Origin: Pseudomonadota bacterium | Lineage (GTDB): Bacteria > Desulfobacterota > Desulfobulbia > Desulfobulbales > Desulfocapsaceae | Length of the DNA stretch: 64,000 nucleotides | Direction: 5' to 3' | Assembly (NCBI GenBank): GCA_018821785.1 | Contig: JAHJLI010000039.1 | Span: forward strand, 8,878-72,877 | Translations under genes and position numbers: made by a program | Shown: one piece after another, positions 1 through 9,153 of the stretch | Numbering within the stretch: the first letter of the stretch is position 1 | How the letters are laid out: each line of letters begins with the position of its first letter | The notes under the pieces: model-generated | The model's database searches: none | What the model saw: only the letters and a program-made list of their open reading frames with translations | What the model was told of the DNA's origin: nothing

Positions 1-2
1 TG

Positions 3-905
3 CCGCTACGAAAGCTGATTTCAGCAGCCCAGAAAATCAAAATCGACGGCACCACACCGGTACGCATCCCCATCAGCGGGACCATAGAAACTAGAGAACT
101 CGGCCAGATCCTCGATCAGATGATAGATTCACTCAGAAATGCCGTCTATGAAAAAGAAAGTCTTCTTACCGCCCTTGGCGAACGGAACCAGGATCTCAAG
201 AATGCCAATCGTCAACTGGAAGAGGAAATCAAGGTCCGGAGAAATGCGGAGGCAATTATTACTTCAGCCCTGAAAGAAAAGGAGGTTCTTCTCCGGGAAG
301 TCCATCATCGGGTAAAAAACAATATGGCGGTGATTATCAGCTTGCTGGGCCTGCAATCGAATTATATCTCCGACGAGCGCGTACGCAATGCCCTGGAAGA
401 CAGCCGAAGCCGCATCAAATCCATGGCTCTGATCCACGAATCCCTGTACCGATCAGAGAGCATAGCGGAGATTTCCCTGAAAGTATACGCTGAAAATCTG
501 GTTCAGAGCCTCATGAAGACTCTCGACGGACTCTGCGGCGCAATCCTCACTTCTATTGAATCCGAAGAAATATTTTTGAGTATCGACCAGGCAGTTCCTT
601 TCGGCCTGGTGCTGAATGAATTAATTACCAACGCATTGAAATATGCTTTCCCTCATGGCCGAAAGGGTCTCATCACAATAAAAGCGCTTGTAAACCAACA
701 GCATGAAATTGTCCTCGAAGTATGCGATAATGGTATTGGATTGCCGCCAAGCCTGGATTATCGACATGCGGACACCTTTGGGATGAAAATCATTTCCCTT
801 CTCGTGGAAAACCAGCTTGAGGGAGGCTGGTCCATGAAAAACGACAACGGCGCCTGTTTCATCATTCATTGGCCACTTTTCTCCAAATCTACCAAAGGAA
901 TGTAA
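3..905 (+). CDS. Sensor histidine kinase, HAMP + HisKA_2 + HATPase (5'-partial, runs off window start)
   Basis: Frame is open from nt 3 (PLRKLISAAQKI...ELGQILDQM, HAMP-like). H-box LLREVHHRVKNN, N-box LVLNELITNALKYAF, G1 DNGIG. Confidence 0.9.
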   Translation, partial: PLRKLISAAQKIKIDGTTPVRIPISGTIETRELGQILDQMIDSLRNAVYEKESLLTALGERNQDLKNANRQLEEEIKVRRNAEAIITSALKEKEVLLREVHHRVKNNMAVIISLLGLQSNYISDERVRNALEDSRSRIKSMALIHESLYRSESIAEISLKVYAENLVQSLMKTLDGLCGAILTSIESEEIFLSIDQAVPFGLVLNELITNALKYAFPHGRKGLITIKALVNQQHEIVLEVCDNGIGLPPSLDYRHADTFGMKIISLLVENQLEGGWSMKNDNGACFIIHWPLFSKSTKGM

Positions 906-906
906 C

Positions 907-1515
907 ATGAAAAAATGGGAGATCATGATTGTTGAAGATGAGGTGTTAATTGCCGCCGAGCTCGCGCAACAGCTCAATTCTCTCGGTTACAACGTCCCGG
1001 TTTCCGTGACCTCAGGAGAGAAGGCATTGGAGAAATTAGCCGAAGTGACACCGGATTTAATCCTTATGGACATCCAACTGAAAGGCGAACTGGATGGGAT
1101 AGAAACCGCAATGCATATCCATGACCACCATAAAATTCCGGTTATCTTCTTAACCGCCTTTGCCGACGACACGTTCCTGCAGAAAGCCAAGACCAGTGAG
1201 CCATTTGGCTATCTCATCAAGCCAATCGACATCCGAGAACTTCACTCGACTATTGAAATGGCCCTCTTCAAGGCCGCAGCGGAAAGGGAAAAAGAGCAAC
1301 TTATCAGGGAACTCCAGGCTGCCCTCGCTGAAAACAAGATCCTTAAAGGATTTATTCCAATCTGTGCCAGTTGTAAAAAAATTCGTGATGATAAAGGTTA
1401 TTGGGAACAGATCGAAAAATATATTCAAGATCATTCCCGAGCGATCTTCAGCCACAGCATCTGTCCGGATTGTATTCAGAAGCTTTATCCGGATCTCAAA
1501 TGGCCAAAATCCTGA
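907..1515 (+). CDS. Response regulator: REC domain + C-terminal Cys/His-rich tail
   Basis: IMIVEDE...LILMDIQL...GYLIKP receiver motifs; tail IPICASCKKIRDDKGYW...SHSICPDC; starts 1 nt after the kinase stop. Confidence 0.9.
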   Translation: MKKWEIMIVEDEVLIAAELAQQLNSLGYNVPVSVTSGEKALEKLAEVTPDLILMDIQLKGELDGIETAMHIHDHHKIPVIFLTAFADDTFLQKAKTSEPFGYLIKPIDIRELHSTIEMALFKAAAEREKEQLIRELQAALAENKILKGFIPICASCKKIRDDKGYWEQIEKYIQDHSRAIFSHSICPDCIQKLYPDLKWPKS

Positions 1516-1583
1516 CAGGGGATTTTCATAAATATGATATTTTCAGCATTTCAATTGACTCCTCATTCTACCTTGGTGATGAT

Positions 1584-2138
1584 ATGAGAAATATCTTGGC
1601 AGTAATCATTTTTGTTTGTGCATTTCTCGTTGTTCCGAAACTCGCGGTATCTGAGCAGATATCACACACAATCCGCTGTGAAAGTGAGGAATTTTCACCA
1701 CGCAATTGTGCACTGCCGGTCGCCCCTCGCAATGCTGAGATTCAGGAAATCAGGAAGGTAAGACAACTTTCCAGCAAACCATGCATTGAAGGAAAATCGT
1801 GGATGGCAAACGAATCAGGCATTACCGTAAGAGATGGCTGTCGAGCTGAGTTTGCTGTTGTCTACCGGACCTCCGACCGTTCCGATCGTCGCGAAAGATG
1901 GCATAACAATTCGGATTCGCGCCACCAGCAAGAAAGATCAGATGATCGATATTCAAATCCTTCACCACGGCACGAAGCAGATCCGACCGAAATAGTTATC
2001 CGTTCGTTTGAAGATATTCTCAACAGGAGGCCTTCGCGAGAAGAAGTGCGATTCTATCGAAATCTCATGATAGATCGCGGCTGGACAGAACGGCAGATTC
2101 GCAATGAACTGCGCAATCGTGGCCGTTCACGCAGGTAA
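1584..2138 (+). CDS. Secreted DUF3011-like domain protein
   Basis: Signal peptide MRNILAVIIFVCAFLVV; CESEEFSPRNC...RQLSSKPCIEGKSW...RDGCRAEF matches the DUF3011 pattern as I recall it. Start moved from 1401 to the ATG at 1584. Confidence 0.65.
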   Translation: MRNILAVIIFVCAFLVVPKLAVSEQISHTIRCESEEFSPRNCALPVAPRNAEIQEIRKVRQLSSKPCIEGKSWMANESGITVRDGCRAEFAVVYRTSDRSDRRERWHNNSDSRHQQERSDDRYSNPSPRHEADPTEIVIRSFEDILNRRPSREEVRFYRNLMIDRGWTERQIRNELRNRGRSRR

Positions 2139-2462
2139 GGCTATTGAGCTGAAAAGCACAAGCCCAGCAACATATCACAGCAGACGACTGGTGGGATGAC
2201 TCCCCACATTTCTATTTTTTTTCCGTTAAGGTGTCCAGTCGCGCAAAAAGATCTGCCAGATAGTTTTCCATACTCATCAGAAGAAGTCTTGCACTGTAGT
2301 TCTCCGGGTTCTTCTCAAAGTTTTCCCGAGACTCAGCCAGTACGACTTGCGCCTTTTCTATCTGTTCCTTCAGGGAGTCAATTTGGCTCATAATTCATGG
2401 CAATTGAAAGTTTACTCAGTGCAGATACATGTCTTTCGCTTCAAATAGTCTTCCCCGTCAAT

Positions 2463-3047
2463 CTATTTGCGTTTCCCAAGCCCCATATGAGGGAACAATG
2501 AACGTTTGGTCAACGGCGGTGGATACGTCTGATTGACATACCGCATATCCTCGATGGTGTAAAACGCATTTGGATTGTATTTTTTGATAATCTCAATGAT
2601 TTTACCAAGATTTTTCCTTTTGGTGATGCTGAAGATAATTTTCACCGGCCCTGTTTCACCCCTTGCATCAACACTTGTCACACCATAACCTTCATTCCAG
2701 AGAACGTTGACGAGTTCGTTTGCTTCCTTTTGGGTAATGATCCTGATCAACAGGTTTCCAAGTGCAATTCTCTCCTCAAGAACTACACCGACATAATTGC
2801 CGGCGCCAAATCCGAGAGCAAAGGCAATATAGGTCTGCCATGAATGAAGGTTCTGGATTACTTGGGTCACCGCGATCAACCAGATAAGAGATTCGAAAAA
2901 ACCAAGCATTGCCGCAAAATGTTTCAACCCTTTGGAGATAAAAATAATCCGCAGGGTACCAATCGATACATCAAGAATACGGGCTAAAAAAACCAGCCCT
3001 GGAAGAATTATATACCCAAAGATCGTGCTATCACTAAGAAATGTCAT
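2463..3047 (-). CDS. UPF0316 / DUF5698-DUF2179 membrane protein
   Basis: FLARILDVSIGTLRIIFI...FALGFGAGNYVG...GYGVTSVDARG. ATG at 3047 overlaps the upstream stop at 3044-3046 (ATGA coupling). Confidence 0.8.
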   Translation of the reverse strand: MTFLSDSTIFGYIILPGLVFLARILDVSIGTLRIIFISKGLKHFAAMLGFFESLIWLIAVTQVIQNLHSWQTYIAFALGFGAGNYVGVVLEERIALGNLLIRIITQKEANELVNVLWNEGYGVTSVDARGETGPVKIIFSITKRKNLGKIIEIIKKYNPNAFYTIEDMRYVNQTYPPPLTKRSLFPHMGLGKRK

Positions 3048-4948
3048 CTCGAACACTCTGCATCCCCTTCCGGGCACCCGTTGCAAAAAGAATGAAACTT
3101 CGGAGTGGACCATGTATTCCCACTTTTATCCGAGATAAAATTATACGACACAAAACGGCAGACACCATCGTTGTCTTTGTCTTTAAAAAGCACTGCCGCA
3201 CTCATTTTTCGATACTCAATTTTTGAATCGGTGTATCGGTTGTATGCCCAATCACCGGCGATAGCCACTTTGTCGATTTCAGAGGCTGATATCTTCGCTT
3301 GCGCCAGGGCCTTTTTAAATTGTTCGTGCAACTGGGCAGCGTCAGTTCCGGAATACATTTCTCGCGGAAACTGCGATCCGGCAGCAATGCGCTCGTCTTT
3401 TTGGACAATAAGGGAGAACTCTCCAATTGATATCGGTTCACGAGAGCGAAGCTGTCCTTGAACACTCCATAATTCAAAACGGACAGAGTGTGTGCCTGGT
3501 GACAAACCTTTTGTTGTCCGAAACCATGCCTCAGCCTCGCTCTTAAAGCCATCATCAGGGGGCAGCGGATGAGGAGCAAACTGCCAGGTTGTCCAGGTTT
3601 CCCCTGCTTGCCCCTTGAGATTACCGTTGCTGAAGACATTAAATCGATCCACCTTTTCTTTGCCGTCGATAAACAACCTGAATTCGTAACCGAAATCCCG
3701 GTTTTCCTGCGGTTCTCCATCACTTCCATAAACCGGAGTGTTACCGAGCGAATGATGGAGATAGAGTCTGCCAAAGATGGGGTCGCTCAATTGAAATGAC
3801 TTTTCAGGGGCAATCTGATCCTGGCCATCTAAACTTATTGGTTGTTTTGACCAGATCATTCGCCCTGCGTTGGCCCGATGCACCTTGCTGGTTGGGGGAA
3901 CGTCAGTATATCTGGCTTTGATCCGTTGCGCTGCAGCATCATTGGCCTCGTTTTGTGTATTTTTCCCCGCCTGGGCAGCAACTCCCGCCTCGCCCTTGAG
4001 CCTGGCTACTGCATCTTGTCCGCTCTCTAGCCTTAATTGCACCTGCTGATAAGCAACGTGACCGGGTTCGAAGCTGCCTGTGTAATTTTTTTGGAATTGT
4101 TCAAATTTATCTTGAGCAAATTGCAGGTCGCTCTTTACTCCCTCCAGATAGCTCCCAGGTTGGGAAGAATTTGCAGCAGTCTCGAGACGATGCTCGAGTA
4201 TATTCAGGGCACCGGCAATGGCGACGAGGTCTGCACCCATTTGCGCAGGCAAATCTTCAACTGCGCCTGAATTGCTCTCGAGAGGGGCCGTCGCGTTTTT
4301 TTGCACAAAGCCTGCAGTCATCGCCTGCTCTGCTGTATCGATTCTTTTTTTGAGAGCGATAATATCAGGGTGATTGGGGTCGAAACTGCCTTTGTAGTAT
4401 TCAAAAATATTTTTATACTCCACTCTGGCCTTGGTGAGGGAACCTTCCGCCCTTTCACCTTTCTCGGCAGCCTGATTTGCAATGACCAGGGCCCTGTCTG
4501 CAGCATCTATCCGACGGCGAATGTTTGCGGAGAGATCATTCTGTTCTTTACCCTGCGCAACTGTGATGCCAGGTGGCGTTTTCTCTTCGGTTTGCAGCTT
4601 TTCTCCCGTCGAAACCGCCGATCCGCTTTGTGGCTTCTGGCTCTTGCCTGATGCCTGTTCTGTGATATTTGCGATGCGATTTTTTAATTTTACCAGAACA
4701 GGATGAGCCGGATCGAAACTTCCACCATAATAGCTGAAGATAGCATCATATTCCTTTTGCGCAGACTTCACTTTAGCCGGTGCTAGTTCCAACTTTCCCG
4801 TCTTTATTTGGTCTTCGGCCTTATCAAGTTCCTGGTTGGCAGCATTCACTTTACGCATGATATTGGCGTTCAGATCTTGTGAAAAAACTGCATTCAGGTT
4901 GAAGAACAAAAGGGTGAAAAACATTGCCAGTACTGAAATAGCTTTCAT
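3044..4948 (-). CDS. Secreted hypothetical protein with three N-terminal helical repeats
   Basis: 634 aa ORF with signal peptide; repeated motif YYGGSFDPAHP / YYKGSFDPNHP / NYTGSFEPGHV; RBS-like AGGAG upstream. Confidence 0.8.
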   Translation of the reverse strand: MKAISVLAMFFTLLFFNLNAVFSQDLNANIMRKVNAANQELDKAEDQIKTGKLELAPAKVKSAQKEYDAIFSYYGGSFDPAHPVLVKLKNRIANITEQASGKSQKPQSGSAVSTGEKLQTEEKTPPGITVAQGKEQNDLSANIRRRIDAADRALVIANQAAEKGERAEGSLTKARVEYKNIFEYYKGSFDPNHPDIIALKKRIDTAEQAMTAGFVQKNATAPLESNSGAVEDLPAQMGADLVAIAGALNILEHRLETAANSSQPGSYLEGVKSDLQFAQDKFEQFQKNYTGSFEPGHVAYQQVQLRLESGQDAVARLKGEAGVAAQAGKNTQNEANDAAAQRIKARYTDVPPTSKVHRANAGRMIWSKQPISLDGQDQIAPEKSFQLSDPIFGRLYLHHSLGNTPVYGSDGEPQENRDFGYEFRLFIDGKEKVDRFNVFSNGNLKGQAGETWTTWQFAPHPLPPDDGFKSEAEAWFRTTKGLSPGTHSVRFELWSVQGQLRSREPISIGEFSLIVQKDERIAAGSQFPREMYSGTDAAQLHEQFKKALAQAKISASEIDKVAIAGDWAYNRYTDSKIEYRKMSAAVLFKDKDNDGVCRFVSYNFISDKSGNTWSTPKFHSFCNGCPEGDAECSR

Positions 4949-5065
4949 TTGTTTTCTCCTTTCAGATGCAACGGGAAACTCATTCCTTTAACAATAAAGG
5001 TTATTTTTCCCGCCTGGTGAACAGACATGGTCGGAAATTTCAGTCAGTCATTTTTATATTATAGT

Positions 5066-5140
5066 TAACCCTAGTAAGCGGGATAAGTACCTTCACGAAA
5101 TTCGTTTATAATAAACAAGAAACGAAATTTTAAGGTACTA
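5066..5140 (-). repeat. ~75 bp two-hairpin dispersed element, copy 1
   Basis: Minus strand reads TAGTACCTTAAAATTTCGTTTCTTGTTTATTATAAACGAATTTCGTGAAGGTACTTATCCCGCTTACTAGGGTTA; aligns with 5618-5690 and 15648-15720. Confidence 0.85.
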
Positions 5141-5282
5141 AATTTGTCGAAACAACAAGATGAGTTTGAAATTTATCACCGGCATGGATCTTCCGAAATG
5201 CGTACCACAACTTCATTTTCCAACAACCCGGTTAAAAATGTCCTTGTTTTCCGCCACCGTTCAGACTGTTGACAGTATCAGC

Positions 5283-5570
5283 TCAAAGTGTCTCCCCCGT
5301 TTGGCCAGGATGTCTGATAATCACTGCTTCGAGACCCGGCCGTTGTATTTCAACCTTTTCCGGATTGAAACATTCAACCAGCCATGCCGCCTCGCCATCA
5401 TGAGTCGCGCACCCCGGATAGGCGAAAAATTTCTCGATTGATCGAACGTACTTTTGTCCATCTCTACAATGAACAATGACTTTCCAATTCTTTGCGCTGG
5501 GGTCCTTGGAAAGCATGAATAGATTGGAGTCATAGTCGTGTTCAAACGCAACATCTATAAGACGTTTCAT
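5283..5570 (-). CDS. Hypothetical protein (95 aa)
   Basis: ORF with RBS-like GAGGTG upstream; lies between repeat copies 1 and 2; no recognised motif. Confidence 0.5.
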   Translation of the reverse strand: MKRLIDVAFEHDYDSNLFMLSKDPSAKNWKVIVHCRDGQKYVRSIEKFFAYPGCATHDGEAAWLVECFNPEKVEIQRPGLEAVIIRHPGQTGETL

Positions 5571-5617
5571 CTTCTTTGCCCACCTCGCTGAAAACGGTCT
5601 ATCTCACTGTTTTTATC

Positions 5618-5690
5618 TAACCCCGACAAGCGGGATAAGTACCTTTACGAAATTCGTTGAAAAAACAAGAATAAAATTTCTAAGGTACTG
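5618..5690 (-). repeat. ~75 bp two-hairpin dispersed element, copy 2
   Basis: Minus strand reads CAGTACCTTAGAAATTTTATTCTTGTTTTTTCAACGAATTTCGTAAAGGTACTTATCCCGCTTGTCGGGGTTA. Confidence 0.85.
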
Positions 5691-6207
5691 AACAAAAGGA
5701 CAACCAAGCCCAGATACGTTAAAACCGGTATCTTGATAACAGAACGGAACTGAAGTCCCAACCAACAATTTTTTCCCTTTTTAGAGCGCTTCCGCGCAAG
5801 ATAACACTCATCGCATCTTTTAGCTTCAGTCAGGGGACTGACGAAGCCGCTTATCTACAGGCAATCTAGGACATTTGCACCAGTGTCACAACACTAGAAG
5901 CACAGGATACCACACTGAATTAACGTACCAAGTCGATTGATCCTGCCAAGTTAGTCTGTACTCTATTTTATTACTCACCTGTATGGAAAGCATATTACCC
6001 GGAATGCCGGTCTTACCGTTTTTCCTGTATGGACGTTTTCATCGCAATAGGCTTCAATCCCATAACGGAATTAGTTTGCCAAAGCCGTAAAGAAAAGATA
6101 GTCTTTTCATACTACAGGTGGCCGATTAACTCTGGGCACCAGAGTTTCCAAAATATGCCTACAAAGGCAACCTGCAACCTTGTAACCCTTCCATCAAAGG
6201 AGTAACC

Positions 6208-6756
6208 ATGCGCACGATTCTCATCCGTCTCACTTGCATACTCGCCTTGGTCTTGATGATGTCCTGCGACAAAAGTGGTTCTACAGTTTCAGAGTCAAAG
6301 ACCTTCACGCTGCTACCCTGGATGGAAAGCGACACCGGAAAAAGCGTAACTTTGTCCATTTCGGCTCCCTCCTCCTGGGTTATCGAAAAAGATGCAAATG
6401 ATATGGTCAGTTTTAGACCTCCCGATGTGCCAAAAAACGTGATACTTGGGGTATTTAATGTGAATCTATTTAGCTGTTCGGATTCTCAAAAGAGCGCAGA
6501 CTGCATTCAAAAATGGGCGGATCGTCACTTTCAGGGAGCAGCAGCCGGTGCGTTGCAGCGAGAGGAGGTTGGTGAAGGCCGCATCTGGATAACATCTAGC
6601 GCAGGCAAAGACGGCAAAGGAGTGTCAGCCCGATATTACGTATTTAATAACGGAAACCTGGCAGTGGTTAATTATTTGCTGGGGGGAGAAACACTGAAAA
6701 ATCTTGCAACCTTCAAAGAAGTCGGGGGAACTCTGGCTTTCGCAGGCAACAAGTAA
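6208..6756 (+). CDS. Hypothetical lipoprotein
   Basis: N-terminus MRTILIRLTCILALVLMMSC has a lipobox-like ending; AGGAG RBS. Confidence 0.7.
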   Translation: MRTILIRLTCILALVLMMSCDKSGSTVSESKTFTLLPWMESDTGKSVTLSISAPSSWVIEKDANDMVSFRPPDVPKNVILGVFNVNLFSCSDSQKSADCIQKWADRHFQGAAAGALQREEVGEGRIWITSSAGKDGKGVSARYYVFNNGNLAVVNYLLGGETLKNLATFKEVGGTLAFAGNK

Positions 6757-6861
6757 CCAATGGTATCGGGCCAATCCGGGCACACCATCCTGGCCGAGGA
6801 CTATGGCCTTTCAGGACCATACTCTTTCCAGTCCATTGTATTGATTTGTTCACCGCCCGCT

Positions 6862-7923
6862 TCAGATCTTCATTTGCTTCTTTACAGATTTGATGAAGCG
6901 TCCGAATGTTCTATCCTTCTTCCGTTTATCAACATACGACAGCTCATGGTACTCCGACTCATTCCTGAGCTTTATATAGCTTCTATAGCGATCATCAGTC
7001 AATGCGCCGCTTGTTACTGCGGCTCGAACCGCACAGCCGGGTTCCTGCATGTGACCACAATTCGGATAACGACAATTCTGGGAAAGCTGGCCGATGTCTT
7101 CGAAGCCCTGGTTGACCCCTTCGCTCGCTCCGAGAAGGCCCAGTTCTCGCATCCCAGGCGTATCAATCAACATGGAACCTTGATTAAGCACAATAAGCTG
7201 GCGGCGGGTAGTTGTATGAATGCCTTCTCCTGATCCACTCACGGCCTTTGTAGCAAAAGCGTCTTGCCCGATCAGACGGTTAAGGAGTGTTGTTTTGCCT
7301 ACCCCCGATGAACCGAGGAGACAATATGTTCTTCCCGCAACTAACACCTGCTGGAATTCGTCAAATCCTATGCCCGTGATATTGCTGAGGGCAAGGACTC
7401 TGGCTGTAGTGGTGCTCGACCTCATGGCAGCAAGCTTCTGTTCCAGTTCTTCGGGTGAGATCAAGTCCGTCTTGGTGAGAACAACAATCGGCTCAACACC
7501 CCCGTCTGCTGCCATCACCAAATACCGATCCATTCTCCGCACGTTGAAGTCAAAGTGGCACGACTGGACTATGAATGCGACGTCAATGTTGGCCGCAATC
7601 ATCTGTAGATCGATCTTTTCACCGGCCGATTTGCGGCGCAAAAAGGTCTTTCTCGGAAACACCTCATGAATAATTGCTTCAGTGTCGTTATTGTGATATT
7701 GCACTGTTACCCAATCTCCAACACAGGGCAGGTCAATCGAAGATTCTGCCTGGAAATAGAACTTCCCGGCGAGTTCAGCCGGGACTTCCCTGGTGAGATT
7801 TCTGATGAGGTATGAGCCGCGGTCAACTGCCGATATACGCGCAATATCCAGGCCCTCTTGACGCAAAGCACTGCCATGCAATTGAAACCATTGGTCGAAG
7901 CCCATATCATTTAATTTCATCAT
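6862..7923 (-). CDS. rsgA: Ribosome small subunit-dependent GTPase A (circularly permuted GTPase)
   Basis: LTKTD (G4), GSSGVGKT (G1), HTTT, DTPG (G3), C-terminal CRYPNCGHMQEPGC zinc finger. Confidence 0.92.
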   Translation of the reverse strand: MMKLNDMGFDQWFQLHGSALRQEGLDIARISAVDRGSYLIRNLTREVPAELAGKFYFQAESSIDLPCVGDWVTVQYHNNDTEAIIHEVFPRKTFLRRKSAGEKIDLQMIAANIDVAFIVQSCHFDFNVRRMDRYLVMAADGGVEPIVVLTKTDLISPEELEQKLAAMRSSTTTARVLALSNITGIGFDEFQQVLVAGRTYCLLGSSGVGKTTLLNRLIGQDAFATKAVSGSGEGIHTTTRRQLIVLNQGSMLIDTPGMRELGLLGASEGVNQGFEDIGQLSQNCRYPNCGHMQEPGCAVRAAVTSGALTDDRYRSYIKLRNESEYHELSYVDKRKKDRTFGRFIKSVKKQMKI

Positions 7924-7931
7924 ATATTGTC

Positions 7932-7990
7932 ACCCAACTCTGAACAGAGCGGCAGGCAGCTGTGATGGCCTGAGCGCATGCTCTTCTTCT
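7932..7990 (-). other. Weak attC-like remnant
   Basis: Minus strand ends GTTGGGT (R'-like) just upstream of rsgA; R'' side is degenerate (TAGAAG instead of YYYAAC). Confidence 0.3.
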
Positions 7991-8183
7991 ATTGATACTT
8001 TTTGAAATTGTATTTGATAGCAACTTTTGCTTTTTCTTCCGATGGAAGTGACACAAAATATTTTTTCCAGCCAGGACAAAAGTTAATGTGCCAACGCCAG
8101 AATCTTCCGGCAATTGACTTCGGCTGCTTGTCATATTTTGCTCGTAAACTGCAATTGCCACAATTATTCTCAGCCATTATCAT
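7989..8183 (-). CDS. Small Cys-containing hypothetical protein
   Basis: 64 aa; CGNC...RFWRWHINFCPGWKKY; GGAG RBS. Confidence 0.65.
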   Translation of the reverse strand: MIMAENNCGNCSLRAKYDKQPKSIAGRFWRWHINFCPGWKKYFVSLPSEEKAKVAIKYNFKKYQ

Positions 8184-8236
8184 ACTCCATTTTAAAAAAT
8201 AACCTATTAAGAGACTAAGGCATCAGAGCCCTTGCT

Positions 8237-8299
8237 GCCTAACATATATGTTTCGTTCACTCGCTGCTATCAATCGTCGCATGCAAAGGCCGGTTCGGC
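8237..8299 (-). other. attC-like site
   Basis: Minus strand GCCGAAC...GTTAGGC, 63 bp, with near-complementary R''/R' boxes; overlaps the DUF1835 3' end (PNRPLHAT read-through typical of cassettes). Confidence 0.55.
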
Positions 8300-9153
8300 A
8301 AAGCTGTAATCTTGAAGTCCTTGAGCAATACCGCACTTTCCCATTGAGGTAATCTTTCAGTGGGACCTTCGATCCACACCAGCGGAGGGACACGATCCGC
8401 CAGTCCGTTTATCTTGGCCCAAAGTGTCACATCTCCCCAGAATTGCGGTGGCGTATCAGCCGCAGCCACGGATGCGAAAATTTCCCCCGGTGTTTCGTTC
8501 CCGCCTCGAACTGCGGCCAAGGCAAGACGCTCAAGTCGGCCCAACCCGCTTGTCGGGTCAGGCTGTTCCTGAATCCATCGCCTTACGGCGGCGGAAATCC
8601 AGGGCAAGGGGGCCTCTATCATTGCCGACAATTCCACCAACATGGTTGAGGACTGAGTTGCGAATGCCTTGTCGACAAGAACCGCAAAGCCGAATTGCTC
8701 TTCGGTGACTGCAAGTCGGTTTTTATAGAGGGCTGCCAGTTGCTCCGGCAGCAGTTGTCCAAGACCATGAAACGGTACGATCCCGGGAAATGCATCAACG
8801 CAAAGAAGTTCCACATGCAAAATGCCCTTGTGAAGCAGGCAGGTGAGAATGTGGGCAAGCATGGACTGATCAAAAAGGCACGCGTCGAACCACAGGACGA
8901 TGCGCTCGTAGGTTGCGGTTTCCGCCAACTTCCGGTACTGGCTGCACAGTGTCTCCAGAATGAACTCCCTATCCAAACCTCCTGCAGTGGTTTCTTCTAA
9001 AAACAGTGCTCGCGCGCTGAGAGTGTCTTCATTCGGCCACCCAGGATCCCGGGGTCCATCGTATAGGATGTCGTGCCAGACGAATACTTCCCCGGGAAGT
9101 CCGGCTTTTGCCAGACTTCCTCCTGCGATGTCACCACTCGTGATATGAATCAA
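8257..9153 (-). CDS. DUF1835 domain protein
   Basis: MIHITSGDIAGGSL...WHDILYDGP...IVLWFDACLFDQSML. Confidence 0.75.
   Translation of the reverse strand: MIHITSGDIAGGSLAKAGLPGEVFVWHDILYDGPRDPGWPNEDTLSARALFLEETTAGGLDREFILETLCSQYRKLAETATYERIVLWFDACLFDQSMLAHILTCLLHKGILHVELLCVDAFPGIVPFHGLGQLLPEQLAALYKNRLAVTEEQFGFAVLVDKAFATQSSTMLVELSAMIEAPLPWISAAVRRWIQEQPDPTSGLGRLERLALAAVRGGNETPGEIFASVAAADTPPQFWGDVTLWAKINGLADRVPPLVWIEGPTERLPQWESAVLLKDFKITALPNRPLHATIDSSE

Noticed and set aside
1401-1583. N-terminal extension of the DUF3011 ORF
   Set aside because: Overlaps the response regulator in another frame; the signal peptide starts at ATG 1584.
5066-5690. Possible CRISPR array from the repeated ~75 bp unit
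   Set aside because: Only two local copies 552 bp apart, too long and divergent, no spacer periodicity, no cas genes.
5823-5849. GCTTCAGTCAGGGGACTGACGAAGC hairpin as a REP element
   Set aside because: Single copy in the window; could be a simple terminator-like hairpin.
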